Shown: positions 37,587 to 51,985 of the stretch, piece after piece
Position numbering within the stretch: position 1 is the stretch's first letter
How the letters are laid out: each line of letters opens with the position of its first letter
NCBI RefSeq assembly: GCF_009914755.1
Contig: NC_060926.1
DNA: 64,000 nucleotides
Origin: the human T2T-CHM13v2.0 reference genome, Homo sapiens
Strand: one strand, 5' to 3'
Made by a program: the position numbers and the translations under genes
Notes under the pieces: generated by a model
What the model was told of the DNA's origin: nothing
The model's database searches: none
Seen by the model: the letters and a program-made list of their open reading frames with translations, nothing else

Positions 37587-40500
37587 GTTTTGAAACACTC
37601 TTTTTGTGGAATCTGCAAGTGGATATTTGTCTAGCTTTGAGGATTTCGTTGGAAACGGGATTACATATAAAAAGCAGACAGCAGCATTCCCAGAAACTTC
37701 TTTGTGATGTTTGCATTCAAGTCACAGAGTTGAACATTCCCTTTCATAGAGCAGGTTTGAAACACTCTTTTTGTAGTATCTGGATGTGGACATTTGGAGC
37801 GCTTTCAGGCCTATGGTGAAAAAGGAAATATCTTCCCCTGAAAACTAGACAGAAGCATTCTCAGAAACTTATTTGTGATGTGCGCCCTCAACTAACAGTG
37901 TTAAACCTTTCTTTTGATAGAGTAGTTTTGAAACACCCTTTGTAAAATCTGCAAGAGGATATTTGGATAGCTTTGAGGATTTCTTTGGAAACGGGATTGT
38001 CTTCATATAAAATCTAGACAAAAGCATTCTCAGAAGCTTCATTGGGATGTTTCAATTGAAGTCACAGTGTTGAACAGTCCCTTTCATAGAGCATGTTTGA
38101 AACACTCTTTTTGTAGTATCTGGAAGTTGACATTTGGAGCGTTTTCAGGACTACGGTGAAAAAGGAAATATCTTCCAAATAAAGCTAGATAGAAGCAATG
38201 TCAGAAAATTTTTCATTATGTATCTACTCAGCTAACAGAATTTAACCTTTCTTTTGAGAGAGAAGTTTTGAAACACTCTTTTTGTGGAATCTGCAAGTGG
38301 ATATTTGTCTAGGTTTGAGGATTTCGTTGGAAACCGTATTACATATGAAAAGCAGACAGCAGCATTCCCAGAAACTTCTTTGTCATGTTTGCATTCAAGT
38401 CACAGAGTTGAACATTCCCTTTCATAGAGCAGGTTTGAAACACTCTTTTTGTAGTATCTGGATGTGGACATTTGGAGCGCTTTCAGGCCTATGGTGAAAA
38501 AGGAAATATCTTCCCCTGAAAACTAGACAGAAGCATTCTCAGAAACTTATTTGTGATGTGCACCCTCAACTAACAGTGTTGAAGCTTTCTTTTGACAGAG
38601 CAGTTTGAAACACTCTTTTTGTAAAATCTGCAAGAGGATATTTGGATTGCTTTGAGGATTTCGGAGGAAATGGGATTGTCTTCATATAAACTCTAGACAG
38701 TAGCATTCTCAGAAGCTTCATTGGGATGTTTCAATTGAAGTCACAGTGTTGAACAGTCCGTTTCATAGAGCAGGTTTGAAACACTCTTTTTGTAGTATCT
38801 GGAAGTGGACATTTGGAGCGCTCTCAGGACTACGGTGAAAAAGGAAATATCTTCCAATAAAAGCTAGATAGAAGCAATGTCAGAAACTTTTTCATGATGT
38901 ATCTACTCAGCTAACAGAGTTGAACCTTTTTTTTGAGAGAGCAGTTTTGAAACACTCTTTTTGTTCGATCTGCAGGTGGATATTTGTCTAGCTTTGAGGA
39001 TTTCGTTGGAAACGGGATTACATATAAAAAGCAGACAGCAGCATTCCCAGAAACTTCTTTGTGATATTTGCATTCAAGTCACAGACTTGAACATTCCCTT
39101 TCATAGAGCAGGTTTGAAACACTCTTTTTGTAGTATCTGGATGTGGACATTTGGAGCGCTTTCAGGCCTATGGTGAAAAAGGAAATATCTTCCCCTGCAA
39201 ACTAGACAGAAGCATTCTCAGAAACTTATTTGTGATGTGCGCCCTCAACTAACAGTGTTGAAGCTTTCTTTTGATAGAGCAGTTTTGAAACACTCTTTTT
39301 GTAAAATCTGCAAGAGGATATTTGGATAGCTTTGAGGATTTCGTTGGAAACGGGATTGTCTTCATATACAATCTAGACAGAAGCATTCTCAGAAGCTTCA
39401 TTGGGATGTTTCAATTGAAGTCACAGTGTTGAACAGTCCCTTTCGTAGAGCAGGTTTGAAACACTCTTTTTGTAATATCTGGAAGTGGACATTTGGAGCG
39501 TTCTCAGGACTATGGTGAAAAAGGAAATATCTTCCAATAAAAGCTAGATAGAAGCAATGTCAGAAACTTTTTCATGATGTATCTACTCAGCTAACAGAGT
39601 TGAACCTTTCTTTTGAGAGAGCCGTTTTGAAACACTCTTTTTGTGGAATCTGCAAGTGGATATTTGTCTAGCTTTGAGGATTTCGTTGGAAACGGGATTA
39701 CATATAAAAAGCAGACAGCAGCATTCCCAGAAACTTCTTTGTGATGTTTGCATTCAAGTCACAGAGTTGAACATTCCCTTTCATAGAGCAGGTTTGAAAC
39801 ACTCTTTTTGTAGTATCTGGATGTGGACATTTGGAGCGCTTTCAGGCCTATGGTGAAAAAGGAAATATCTTCCCCTGAAAACTAGACAGAAGCATTCTCA
39901 GAAACTTATTTGTGATGTGCGCCCTCAACTAACAGTGTTAAACCTTTCTTTTGATAGAGTAGTTTTGAAACACCCTTTGTAAAATCTGCAAGAGGATATT
40001 TGGATAGCTTTGAGGATTTCTTTGGAAACGGGATTGTCTTCATATAAAATCTAGACAAAAGCATTCTCAGAAGCTTCATTGGGATGTTTCAATTGAAGTC
40101 ACAGTGTTGAACAGTCCCTTTCATAGAGCATGTTTGAAACACTCTTTTTGTAGTATCTGGAAGTTGACATTTGGAGCGTTTTCAGGACTACGGTGAAAAA
40201 GGAAATATCTTCCAAATAAAGCTAGATAGAAGCAATGTCAGAAAATTTTTCATTATGTATCTACTCAGCTAACAGAATTTAACCTTTCTTTTGAGAGAGA
40301 AGTTTTGAAACACTCTTTTTGTGGAATCTGCAAGTGGATATTTGTCTAGGTTTGAGGATTTCGTTGGAAACCGTATTACATATGAAAAGCAGACAGCAGC
40401 ATTCCCAGAAACTTCTTTGTCATGTTTGCATTCAAGTCACAGAGTTGAACATTCCCTTTCATAGAGCAGGTTTGAAACACTCTTTTTGTAGTATCTGGAT

Positions 40501-42010
40501 GTGGACATTTGGAGCGCTTTCAGGCCTATGGTGAAAAAGGAAATATCTTCCCCTGAAAACTAGACAGAAGCATTCTCAGAAACTTATTTGTGATGTGCAC
40601 CCTCAACTAACAGTGTTGAAGCTTTCTTTTGACAGAGCAGTTTGAAACACTCTTTTTGTAAAATCTGCAAGAGGATATTTGGATTGCTTTGAGGATTTCG
40701 GAGGAAATGGGATTGTCTTCATATAAACTCTAGACAGTAGCATTCTCAGAAGCTTCATTGGGATGTTTCAATTGAAGTCACAGTGTTGAACAGTCCGTTT
40801 CATAGAGCAGGTTTGAAACACTCTTTTTGTAGTATCTGGAAGTGGACATTTGGAGCGCTCTCAGGACTACGGTGAAAAAGGAAATATCTTCCAATAAAAG
40901 CTAGATAGAAGCAATGTCAGAAACTTTTTCATGATGTATCTACTCAGCTAACAGAGTTGAACCTTTTTTTTGAGAGAGCAGTTTTGAAACACTCTTTTTG
41001 TTCGATCTGCAGGTGGATATTTGTCTAGCTTTGAGGATTTCGTTGGAAACGGGATTACATATAAAAAGCAGACAGCAGCATTCCCAGAAACTTCTTTGTG
41101 ATATTTGCATTCAAGTCACAGACTTGAACATTCCCTTTCATAGAGCAGGTTTGAAACACTCTTTTTGTAGTATCTGGATGTGGACATTTGGAGCGCTTTC
41201 AGGCCTATGGTGAAAAAGGAAATATCTTCCCCTGCAAACTAGACAGAAGCATTCTCAGAAACTTATTTGTGATGTGCGCCCTCAACTAACAGTGTTGAAG
41301 CTTTCTTTTGATAGAGCAGTTTTGAAACACTCTTTTTGTAAAATCTGCAAGAGGATATTTGGATAGCTTTGAGGATTTCGTTGGAAACGGGATTGTCTTC
41401 ATATACAATCTAGACAGAAGCATTCTCAGAAGCTTCATTGGGATGTTTCAATTGAAGTCACAGTGTTGAACAGTCCCTTTCGTAGAGCAGGTTTGAAACA
41501 CTCTTTTTGTAATATCTGGAAGTGGACATTTGGAGCGTTCTCAGGACTATGGTGAAAAAGGAAATATCTTCCAATAAAAGCTAGATAGAAGCAATGTCAG
41601 AAACTTTTTCATGATGTATCTACTCAGCTAACAGAGTTGAACCTTTCTTTTGAGAGAGCCGTTTTGAAACACTCTTTTTGTGGAATCTGCAAGTGGATAT
41701 TTGTCTAGCTTTGAGGATTTCGTTGGAAACGGGATTACATATAAAAAGCAGACAGCAGCATTCCCAGAAACTTCTTTGTGATGTTTGCATTCAAGTCACA
41801 GAGTTGAACATTCCCTTTCATAGAGCAGGTTTGAAACACTCTTTTTGTAGTATCTGGATGTGGACATTTGGAGCGCTTTCAGGCCTATGGTGAAAAAGGA
41901 AATATCTTCCCCTGAAAACTAGACAGAAGCATTCTCAGAAACTTATTTGTGATGTGCGCCCTCAACTAACAGTGTTAAACCTTTCTTTTGATAGAGTAGT
42001 TTTGAAACAC
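37587..42010 (+). repeat. Tandem duplication of 3 HORs, period 2037 bp (~2.2 copies)
   Basis: ORF variants 37604/39641, 38282/40319, 38961/40998; private marker AAACACCCTTTG in both copies. Flanking mismatches at 37586 A/39623 C and 39974 C/42011 T. Confidence 0.92.
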
Positions 42011-45000
42011 TCTTTGTAAAATCTGCAAGAGGATATTTTGATAGCTTTGAGGATTTCTTTGGAAACGGGATTGTCTTCATATAAAATCTAGACAAAAGCA
42101 TTCTCAGAAGCTTCATTGGGATGTTTCAATTGAAGTCACAGTGTTGAACAGTCCCTTTCATAGAGCATGTTTGAAACACTCTTTTTGTAGTATCTGGAAG
42201 TTGACATTTGGAGCGTTTTCAGGACTACGGTGAAAAAGGAAATATCTTCCAAATAAAGCTAGATAGAAGCAATGTCAGAAAATTTTTCATGATGTATCTA
42301 CTCAGCTAACAGAATTTAACCTTTCTTTTGAGAGAGCAGTTTTGAAACACTCTTTTTGTGGAATCTGCAAGTGGATATTTGTCTAGGTTTGAGGATTTCG
42401 TTGGAAACGGGATTGCATATAAAAAGCAGACAGCAGCATTCCCAGAAACTTCTTTGTGATGTTTGCATTCAAGTCACAGAGTTGAACATTCCCTTTCATA
42501 GAGCAGGTTTGAAACACTCTTTTTGTAGTATCTGGATGTGGACATTTGGAGCGCTTTCAGGCCTATGGTGAAAAAGGAAATATCTTCCCCTGAAAACTAG
42601 ACAGAAGCATTCTCAGAAACTTATTTGTGATGTGCACCCTCAACTAACAGTGTTGAAGCTTTCTTTTGACAGAGCAGTTTGAAACACTCTTTTTGTAAAA
42701 TCTCCAAGAGGATATTTGCATAGCTTTGAGGATTTCGGTGGAAATGGGATTGTCTTCATATAAACTCTAGACAGTAGCATTCTCAGAAGCTTCATTGGGA
42801 TGTTTCAATTGAAGTCACAGTGTTGAACAGTCCGTTTCATAGAGCAGGTTTGAAACACTCTTTTTGTAGTATCTGGAAGTGGACATTTGGAGCGCTCTCA
42901 AGACTACGGTGAAAAAGGAAATATCTTCCAATAAAAGCTAGATAGAAGCAATGTCAGAAACTTTTTCATGATGTATCTACTCAGCTAACAGAGTTGAACC
43001 TTTTTTTTGAGAGAGCAGTTTTGAAACACTCTTTTTGTTCGATCTGCAGGTGGATATTTGTCTAGGTTTGAGGATTTCGTTGGAAACGGGATTACATATA
43101 AAAAACAGACAGCAGCATTCCCAGAAACTTCTTTGTGATGTTTGCATTCAAGTCACAGAGTTGAACATTCCCTTTCGTAGAGCAGGTTTGAAACACTCTT
43201 TTTGTAGTATCTGGATGTGGACATTTGGAGCGCTCTCAGGCCTATGGTGAAAAAGGAAATATCTTCCCCTGGAAACTACACAGAAGCATTCTCAGAAACT
43301 TATTTGTGATGTGCGCCCTCAACTAACAATGTTGAACCTTTCTGTTGATAGAGTAGTTTTGAAACACTCTTCTTGTAAAATCTGCAAGAGGATATTTGGA
43401 TAGCTTTGAGGATTTCGTTGGAAACGGGATTGTCTTCATATTAACCCTAGACAGTAGCATTCTCAGAAGGTTCATTGGGATGTTTCAATTGAAGTCACAG
43501 TGTTGAACAGTCACTTTCATAGAGCAGGTTTGAAACACTCTTTTTGTAGCATCTGGAAGTGGACATTTGGAGCGCTCTCAGGACTACGGTGAAAAAGGAA
43601 ATATCTTCCAATAAAAGCTAGATAGAAGCAATGTCAGAAACTTTTTCATGATGTATCTACTCAGCTAAAAGAGTTGAACCTTTCTTTTGTGAGAGCAGTC
43701 TTGAAACACTATTTTTGTGGAATCTGCAAGTGGATATTTGTCTAGCTTTGAGGATTTCGTTGGAAACGAGATTACATATAAAAAGCAGACAGCAGCATTC
43801 CCAGAAACTACTTTGTGAAATTTGCATTCAAGTCACAGACTTGAACATTCCCTTTCATAGAGCAGGTTTGAAACACTCTTTTTGTAGTATCTGGATGTGG
43901 ACGTTTGGAGCGCTTTCAGGCCTACGGTGAAAAAGGAAATATCTTCCCCTGAAAACTATACAGAAGCATTCTCAGAAACTTATTTGTGATGTGCGCCCTC
44001 AACTAACAGTGTTGAAGCTTTCTTTTGATAGAGCAGTTTTGAAACACTCTTTTTGTAAAATCTGCAAGAGGATATTTGGATAGCTTTGAGGATTTCGTTG
44101 GAAACGGGATTGTCTTCATATAGAATCTAGACAGAAGCATTCTCAGAAGCTTCATTCGGATGTTTCAATTGAAGTCACAGTGTTGAACAGTCCCTTTCAT
44201 AGAGCATGTTTGAAACACTCTTTTTGTAGTATCTGGAAGTGGACATTTGGAGCGTTCTCAGGACGACAGTGAAAAAGGAAATATCTTCCAACAAAAGCTA
44301 GATAGAAGAAATGTCAGAAAATTTTTCATGATGTATCTACTCAGCTAACAGAGTTGAACCTTTCTTTGGAGAGAGTAGTTTTGAAACACTCTTTTTGTGG
44401 AATCTGCAAGTGGATATTTGTCTAGTTTTGAGGATTGCGTTGGAAACGGTATTACATATAAAAAGCAGACAGCAGCATTCCCAGAAACTTCTTTGTGATA
44501 TTTGCATTGAAGTCACAGACTTGAACATTCCGTTTCATAGAGCAGGTTTGAAACACTCTTTTTGTAGTATCTGGATGTGGACATTTGGAGCGCTTTCAGG
44601 CCTATGGTGAAAAAGGAAATATCTTCCCCTGAAAACTAGACAGAAGCATTCTCAGAAACTTATTTGTCATGTGCGCCCTCAACTAACAGTGTTGAACCTT
44701 TCTTTTGATAGAGCAGTTTTGATACACTCTTTTTGTAAAATCCGCAAGAGGATATTTGGATAGCTTTGAGGATTACGTTGGAAACGGGATTGTCTTCATA
44801 TAGAATCTAGACAGAATCATTCTCAGAAGCTTCATTGGGATGTTTCAATTGAAGTCACAGTGTTGAACAGTCCCTTTCATAGAGCAGATTTGAAACACTC
44901 TTTTTGTAGTATCTGGAAGTGGACATTTGGAGCGCTCTCAGGACTACAGTGAAAAAGGAAATATCTTCCAATAAAAGCTAGATAGAAGCAATGTCAGAAA

Positions 45001-47195
45001 ATTTTTCATGATGTATCTACTCAGCTAACAGGGTTGAACCTTTCTTTTGAGAGAGCAGTTTTGAAACACTCTTTTTGTGGAATCTGCAAGTGGATATTTG
45101 TCTAGCTTTGAGGATTGCGTTGGAAACGGGATTACATATAAAAAGCAGACAGCAGCATTCCCAGAAACTTCTTTGTGATATTTGCATTCAAGTCACAGAC
45201 TTGAACATTCCCTTCCATAGAGCGGGTTTGAAACACTCTTTTTGTAGTATCTGGATGTGGACATTTGGAGCGCTTTCAGGCCTATGGTGAAAAAGGAAAT
45301 ATCTTCCCCTGAAAACTAGACAGAAGCATTCTCAGAATCTTATTTGTGATGTGCGCCCTCAACTAACAGTGTTGAAGCTTTCTTTTGATAGAGCAGTTTT
45401 GAAACACTCTTTTTGTAAAATCTGCAAGAGGATATTTGGATAGCTTTGAGGATTTCGTTGGAAACGGGATTGTCTTCATATAAAATCTAGACAGAAGCAT
45501 TCTCAGAAGCTTCATTGGGATGTTTCAATTGAAGTCACAGTGTTGAACAGTCCCTTTCATAGAGCACGTTTGAAACAATCTTTTTGTAGTATCTGGAAGT
45601 GGACATTTGGAGCGTTCTCAGGACTACGGTGAAAAAGGAAATATCTTCCAAATAAAGCTAGATAGAAGCAATGTCAGAAAATTTTTCATGATGTATCTAC
45701 TCAGCTAACAGAGTTGAACCTTTCTTTTGACAGAGCAGTTTTGAAACACTCTTTTTGTGGAATCTGCAAGTGGATATTTGTCTAGATTTGAGGATTTCGT
45801 TGGAAACGGGATTACATATAAAAAGCAGACAGCAGCATTCCCAGAAACTTCTTTGTGATATTTGCATTCAAGTCACAGACTTGAACATTCCCTTTCATAG
45901 AGCAGGTTTGAAACACTCTTTTTGTAGTATCTGGATGTGGACATTTGGAGCGCTTTCAGGCCTATGGTGAAAAAGGAAATATCTTCCCCTGAAAACTAGA
46001 CAGAAGCATTCTCAGAAACTAATTTGTGATGTGCGCCCTCAACTAACAGTGTTGAAGCTTTCTTTTGATAGAGCAGATTTGAAACACTCTTTTTGTAAAA
46101 TCTGCAAGAGGATATTTGGATAGCTTTGAGGATTTCGTTGGAAACGGGATTGTCTTCATATACAATCTAGACAGAAGCATTCTCAGAAGCTTCATTGGGA
46201 TGTTTCAATTGAAGTCACAGTGTTGAACAGTCCCTTTCGTAGAGCAGGTTTGAAACACTCTTTTTGTAATATCTGGAAGTGGACATTTGGAGCGTTCTCA
46301 GGACTATGGTGAAAAAGGAAATATCTTCCAATAAAAGCTAGATAGAAGCAATGTCAGAAACTTTTTCATGATGTATCTACTCAGCTAAAAGAGTTGAACC
46401 TTTCTTTTGAGAGAGCAGTTTTGAAACACTATTTTTGTGGAATCTGCAAGTGGATATTTGTCTAGCTTTGAGGATTTCGTTGGAAACGGGATTACATATA
46501 AAAAGCAGACAGCAGCATTCCGAGAAAGCTCTTTGTGAAATTTGCATTCAAGTCACAGACTTGAACATTCCCTTTCATAGAGCAGGTTTGAAACACTCTT
46601 TTTGTAGTATCTGGATGTGGACATTTGGAGCGCTTTCAGGCCTATGGTGAAAAAGGAAATATCTTCCCCTGAAAACTAGACAGAAGCATTCTCAGAAACT
46701 TATTTGTGATGTGCGCCCTCAACTAACGGTGTTGAAGCTTTCTTTTGATAGAGCAGTTTTGAAACACTCTTTTTGTAAAATCTGCAAGAGGATATTTGGA
46801 TAGCTTTGAGGATTTCGTTGGAAACGGGATTGTCTTCATATAGAATCTAGACAGAAGCATTCTCAGAAGCTTCATTGGGATGTTTCAATTGAAGTCACAG
46901 TGTTGAACAGTCCCTTTCATAGAGCAGGTTTGAAACACTCTTTTTGTAGTATCTGGAGGTGGACATTTGGAGCGTTCTCAGGACTACAGTGGAAAAGGAA
47001 ATATCTTCCAGTAAAAGCTAGATAGAAACAATGTCAGAAAATTTTTTATGATGTATCTACTCAGCTAACAGAGTTGAACCTTTCTTTTGAGAGAGCAGTT
47101 TTGAAACACTCTTTTTGTGGAATCTGCAAGTGGATATTTGTCTAGGTTTGAGGATTGCGTTTGAAACGGGATTACATATAAAAAGCAGACAGCAG

Positions 47196-47533
47196 CATTC
47201 CCAGAAACTTCTTTGTGATGTTTGCATTCAAGTCACAGAGTTGAACATTCCCTTTCATAGAGCAGGTTTGAAACACTCTTTTTGTAGTATCTGGAAGTGG
47301 ACATTTGGAGCGCTCTCAGGACTACGGTGAAAAAGGAAATATCTTCCAATAAAAGCTAGATAGAAGCAAAGTCAGAAACTTTTTAATGATCTATCTACTC
47401 AGCTAACAGAGTTGAACCTTTCTTTTGAGAGAGCAGTTTTGAAACATTCTTTTGGTGGAATCTGCAAGTGGATATTTGTCTAGCTTTGAGGATTGCGTTG
47501 GAAACGGGATTACATTTAAAAAGCAGACAGCAG
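47196..47533 (+). repeat. 338-bp 2-mer HOR variant (copy 3)
   Basis: Same hybrid monomer and markers; offset 45528 from copy 1. Confidence 0.92.
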
Positions 47534-50500
47534 CATTCCCAGAAACATCTTTGTGATGTTTGCATTCAAGTCACAGAGTTGAACATTCCCTTTCATAGAG
47601 CAGGTTGGAAACACTCTTTTTGTAGTATCTGGATGTGGACATTTGGAGCGCTTTCAGGCCTATGGTGAAAAAGGAAATATCTTCCCCTGAAAACTAGACA
47701 GAAGCATTCTCAGAATCTTATTTGTGATGTGCGCACTCAACTAACAGTGTTGAAGCTTTCTTTCGATAGAGCAGTTTTGAAACACTCTTTTTGTAAAATC
47801 TGCAAGAGGATATTTGGATAGCTTTGAGGATTTCGTTGGAAACGGGATTGTCTTCATATAAACTCTAGACAGAAGCATTCTCAGAAGCTTCATTGGGATG
47901 TTTCAATTGAAGTCACAGTGTTGAACAGTCCCTTTCATAGAGCAGGTTTGAAACACTCTTTTTGTAGTATCTGGAAGTGGACATTTGGAGCGCTCTCAGG
48001 ACTACGGTGAAAAAGGAAATATCTTCCAATAAAAGCTAGATAGAAGCAATGTCAGAAACATTTTCATGATGCATCTACTCAGCTAATAGAGTTGAACCTT
48101 TCTTTTGACAGAGCAGTTTTGAAACACTCTTTTTGTGGAATCTGCAAGTGGATATTTGTCTAGCTTTGAGGATTTCGTTGGAAACGGGATTACATATAAA
48201 AAGCAGATAGCAGCATTACCAGAAAGTTCTTTGTGAAATTTGCATTCAAGTCACAGACTTGAACATTTCCTTTCATAGAGCAGGTTTGAAACACTCTTTT
48301 TGTAGTATCTGGATGTGGACATTTGGAGCGCTTTCAGGCCTATGGTGAAAAAGGAAATATCTTCCCCTGAAAACTAGACAGAATCATTCTCAGAAACTTA
48401 TTTGTGATGTGCGCCCTCAACTAACAGTGTTGAAGCTTTCTTTTGATAGAGCAGTTTTGAAACACTCTTTTTGTAAAATCTGCAAGAGGATATTTGGATA
48501 GCTTGGAGGATTTCGTTGGAAACGGGATTGTCTTCATATTAACCCTAGACAGTTGCATTCTCAGAAGCTTCATTGGGATGTTTCAATTGAAGTCACAGTG
48601 TTGAACAGTCCCTTTCATAGAGCAGGTTTGAAACACTCTTTTTGTAGCATCTGGAAGTGGACATTTGGAGCGTTCTCAGGACTACGGTGAAAAAGGAAAT
48701 ATCTTCCAATAAAAGCTAGATAGAAGCAATGTCAGAAACTTTTTCATGATGTATCTACTCAGCTAAAAGAGTTGAACCTTTCTTTTGAGAGAGCAGTTTT
48801 GAAACACTCTTTTTGTGGAATCTGCAAGTGGATATTTGTCTAGGTTTGAGGATTTCGTTGGAAACGGGATTGCATATAAAAAGCAGACAGCAGCATTCCC
48901 AGAAACTTCTTTGTGATGTTTGCATTCAAGTCACAGAGTTGAACATTCCCTTTCATAGAGCAGGTTTGAAACACTCTTTTTGTAGTATCTGGATGTGGAC
49001 ATTTGGAGCGCTTTCAGGCCTATGGTGAAAAAGGAAATATCTTCCCCTGAAAACTAGACAGAAGCATTCTCAGAAACTTATTTGTGATGTGCACCCTCAA
49101 CTAACAGTGTTGAAGCTTTCTTTTGACAGAGCAGTTTGAAACACTCTTTTTGTAAAATCTCCAAGAGGATATTTGCATAGCTTTGAGGATTTCGGTGGAA
49201 ATGGGATTGTCTTCATATAAACTCTAGACAGTAGCATTCTCAGAAGCTTCATTGGGATGTTTCAATTGAAGTCACAGTGTTGAACAGTCCGTTTCATAGA
49301 GCAGGTTTGAAACACTCTTTTTGTAGTATCTGGAAGTGGACATTTGGAGCGCTCTCAAGACTACGGTGAAAAAGGAAATATCTTCCAATAAAAGCTAGAT
49401 AGAAGCAATGTCAGAAACTTTTTCATGATGTATCTACTCAGCTAACAGAGTTGAACCTTTTTTTTGAGAGAGCAGTTTTGAAACACTCTTTTTGTTCGAT
49501 CTGCAGGTGGATATTTGTCTAGGTTTGAGGATTTCGTTGGAAACGGGATTACATATAAAAAACAGACAGCAGCATTCCCAGAAACTTCTTTGTGATGTTT
49601 GCATTCAAGTCACAGAGTTGAACATTCCCTTTCGTAGAGCAGGTTTGAAACACTCTTTTTGTAGTATCTGGATGTGGACATTTGGAGCGCTCTCAGGCCT
49701 ATGGTGAAAAAGGAAATATCTTCCCCTGGAAACTACACAGAAGCATTCTCAGAAACTTATTTGTGATGTGCGCCCTCAACTAACAATGTTGAACCTTTCT
49801 GTTGATAGAGTAGTTTTGAAACACTCTTCTTGTAAAATCTGCAAGAGGATATTTGGATAGCTTTGAGGATTTCGTTGGAAACGGGATTGTCTTCATATTA
49901 ACCCTAGACAGTAGCATTCTCAGAAGGTTCATTGGGATGTTTCAATTGAAGTCACAGTGTTGAACAGTCACTTTCATAGAGCAGGTTTGAAACACTCTTT
50001 TTGTAGCATCTGGAAGTGGACATTTGGAGCGCTCTCAGGACTACGGTGAAAAAGGAAATATCTTCCAATAAAAGCTAGATAGAAGCAATGTCAGAAACTT
50101 TTTCATGATGTATCTACTCAGCTAAAAGAGTTGAACCTTTCTTTTGTGAGAGCAGTCTTGAAACACTATTTTTGTGGAATCTGCAAGTGGATATTTGTCT
50201 AGCTTTGAGGATTTCGTTGGAAACGAGATTACATATAAAAAGCAGACAGCAGCATTCCCAGAAACTACTTTGTGAAATTTGCATTCAAGTCACAGACTTG
50301 AACATTCCCTTTCATAGAGCAGGTTTGAAACACTCTTTTTGTAGTATCTGGATGTGGACGTTTGGAGCGCTTTCAGGCCTACGGTGAAAAAGGAAATATC
50401 TTCCCCTGAAAACTATACAGAAGCATTCTCAGAAACTTATTTGTGATGTGCGCCCTCAACTAACAGTGTTGAAGCTTTCTTTTGATAGAGCAGTTTTGAA

Positions 50501-51985
50501 ACACTCTTTTTGTAAAATCTGCAAGAGGATATTTGGATAGCTTTGAGGATTTCGTTGGAAACGGGATTGTCTTCATATAGAATCTAGACAGAAGCATTCT
50601 CAGAAGCTTCATTCGGATGTTTCAATTGAAGTCACAGTGTTGAACAGTCCCTTTCATAGAGCATGTTTGAAACACTCTTTTTGTAGTATCTGGAAGTGGA
50701 CATTTGGAGCGTTCTCAGGACGACAGTGAAAAAGGAAATATCTTCCAACAAAAGCTAGATAGAAGAAATGTCAGAAAATTTTTCATGATGTATCTACTCA
50801 GCTAACAGAGTTGAACCTTTCTTTGGAGAGAGTAGTTTTGAAACACTCTTTTTGTGGAATCTGCAAGTGGATATTTGTCTAGTTTTGAGGATTGCGTTGG
50901 AAACGGTATTACATATAAAAAGCAGACAGCAGCATTCCCAGAAACTTCTTTGTGATATTTGCATTGAAGTCACAGACTTGAACATTCCGTTTCATAGAGC
51001 AGGTTTGAAACACTCTTTTTGTAGTATCTGGATGTGGACATTTGGAGCGCTTTCAGGCCTATGGTGAAAAAGGAAATATCTTCCCCTGAAAACTAGACAG
51101 AAGCATTCTCAGAAACTTATTTGTCATGTGCGCCCTCAACTAACAGTGTTGAACCTTTCTTTTGATAGAGCAGTTTTGATACACTCTTTTTGTAAAATCC
51201 GCAAGAGGATATTTGGATAGCTTTGAGGATTACGTTGGAAACGGGATTGTCTTCATATAGAATCTAGACAGAATCATTCTCAGAAGCTTCATTGGGATGT
51301 TTCAATTGAAGTCACAGTGTTGAACAGTCCCTTTCATAGAGCAGATTTGAAACACTCTTTTTGTAGTATCTGGAAGTGGACATTTGGAGCGCTCTCAGGA
51401 CTACAGTGAAAAAGGAAATATCTTCCAATAAAAGCTAGATAGAAGCAATGTCAGAAAATTTTTCATGATGTATCTACTCAGCTAACAGGGTTGAACCTTT
51501 CTTTTGAGAGAGCAGTTTTGAAACACTCTTTTTGTGGAATCTGCAAGTGGATATTTGTCTAGCTTTGAGGATTGCGTTGGAAACGGGATTACATATAAAA
51601 AGCAGACAGCAGCATTCCCAGAAACTTCTTTGTGATATTTGCATTCAAGTCACAGACTTGAACATTCCCTTCCATAGAGCGGGTTTGAAACACTCTTTTT
51701 GTAGTATCTGGATGTGGACATTTGGAGCGCTTTCAGGCCTATGGTGAAAAAGGAAATATCTTCCCCTGAAAACTAGACAGAAGCATTCTCAGAATCTTAT
51801 TTGTGATGTGCGCCCTCAACTAACAGTGTTGAAGCTTTCTTTTGATAGAGCAGTTTTGAAACACTCTTTTTGTAAAATCTGCAAGAGGATATTTGGATAG
51901 CTTTGAGGATTTCGTTGGAAACGGGATTGTCTTCATATAAAATCTAGACAGAAGCATTCTCAGAAGCTTCATTGGGATGTTTCAA

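Noticed and set aside
13162-50985. Sporadic 63-76 aa ORFs (MFKSVTS..., MIALRNS..., MRAHIPN...)
   Set aside because: Created by single SNVs or indels in particular HOR variants; no coding context or recognisable protein similarity.
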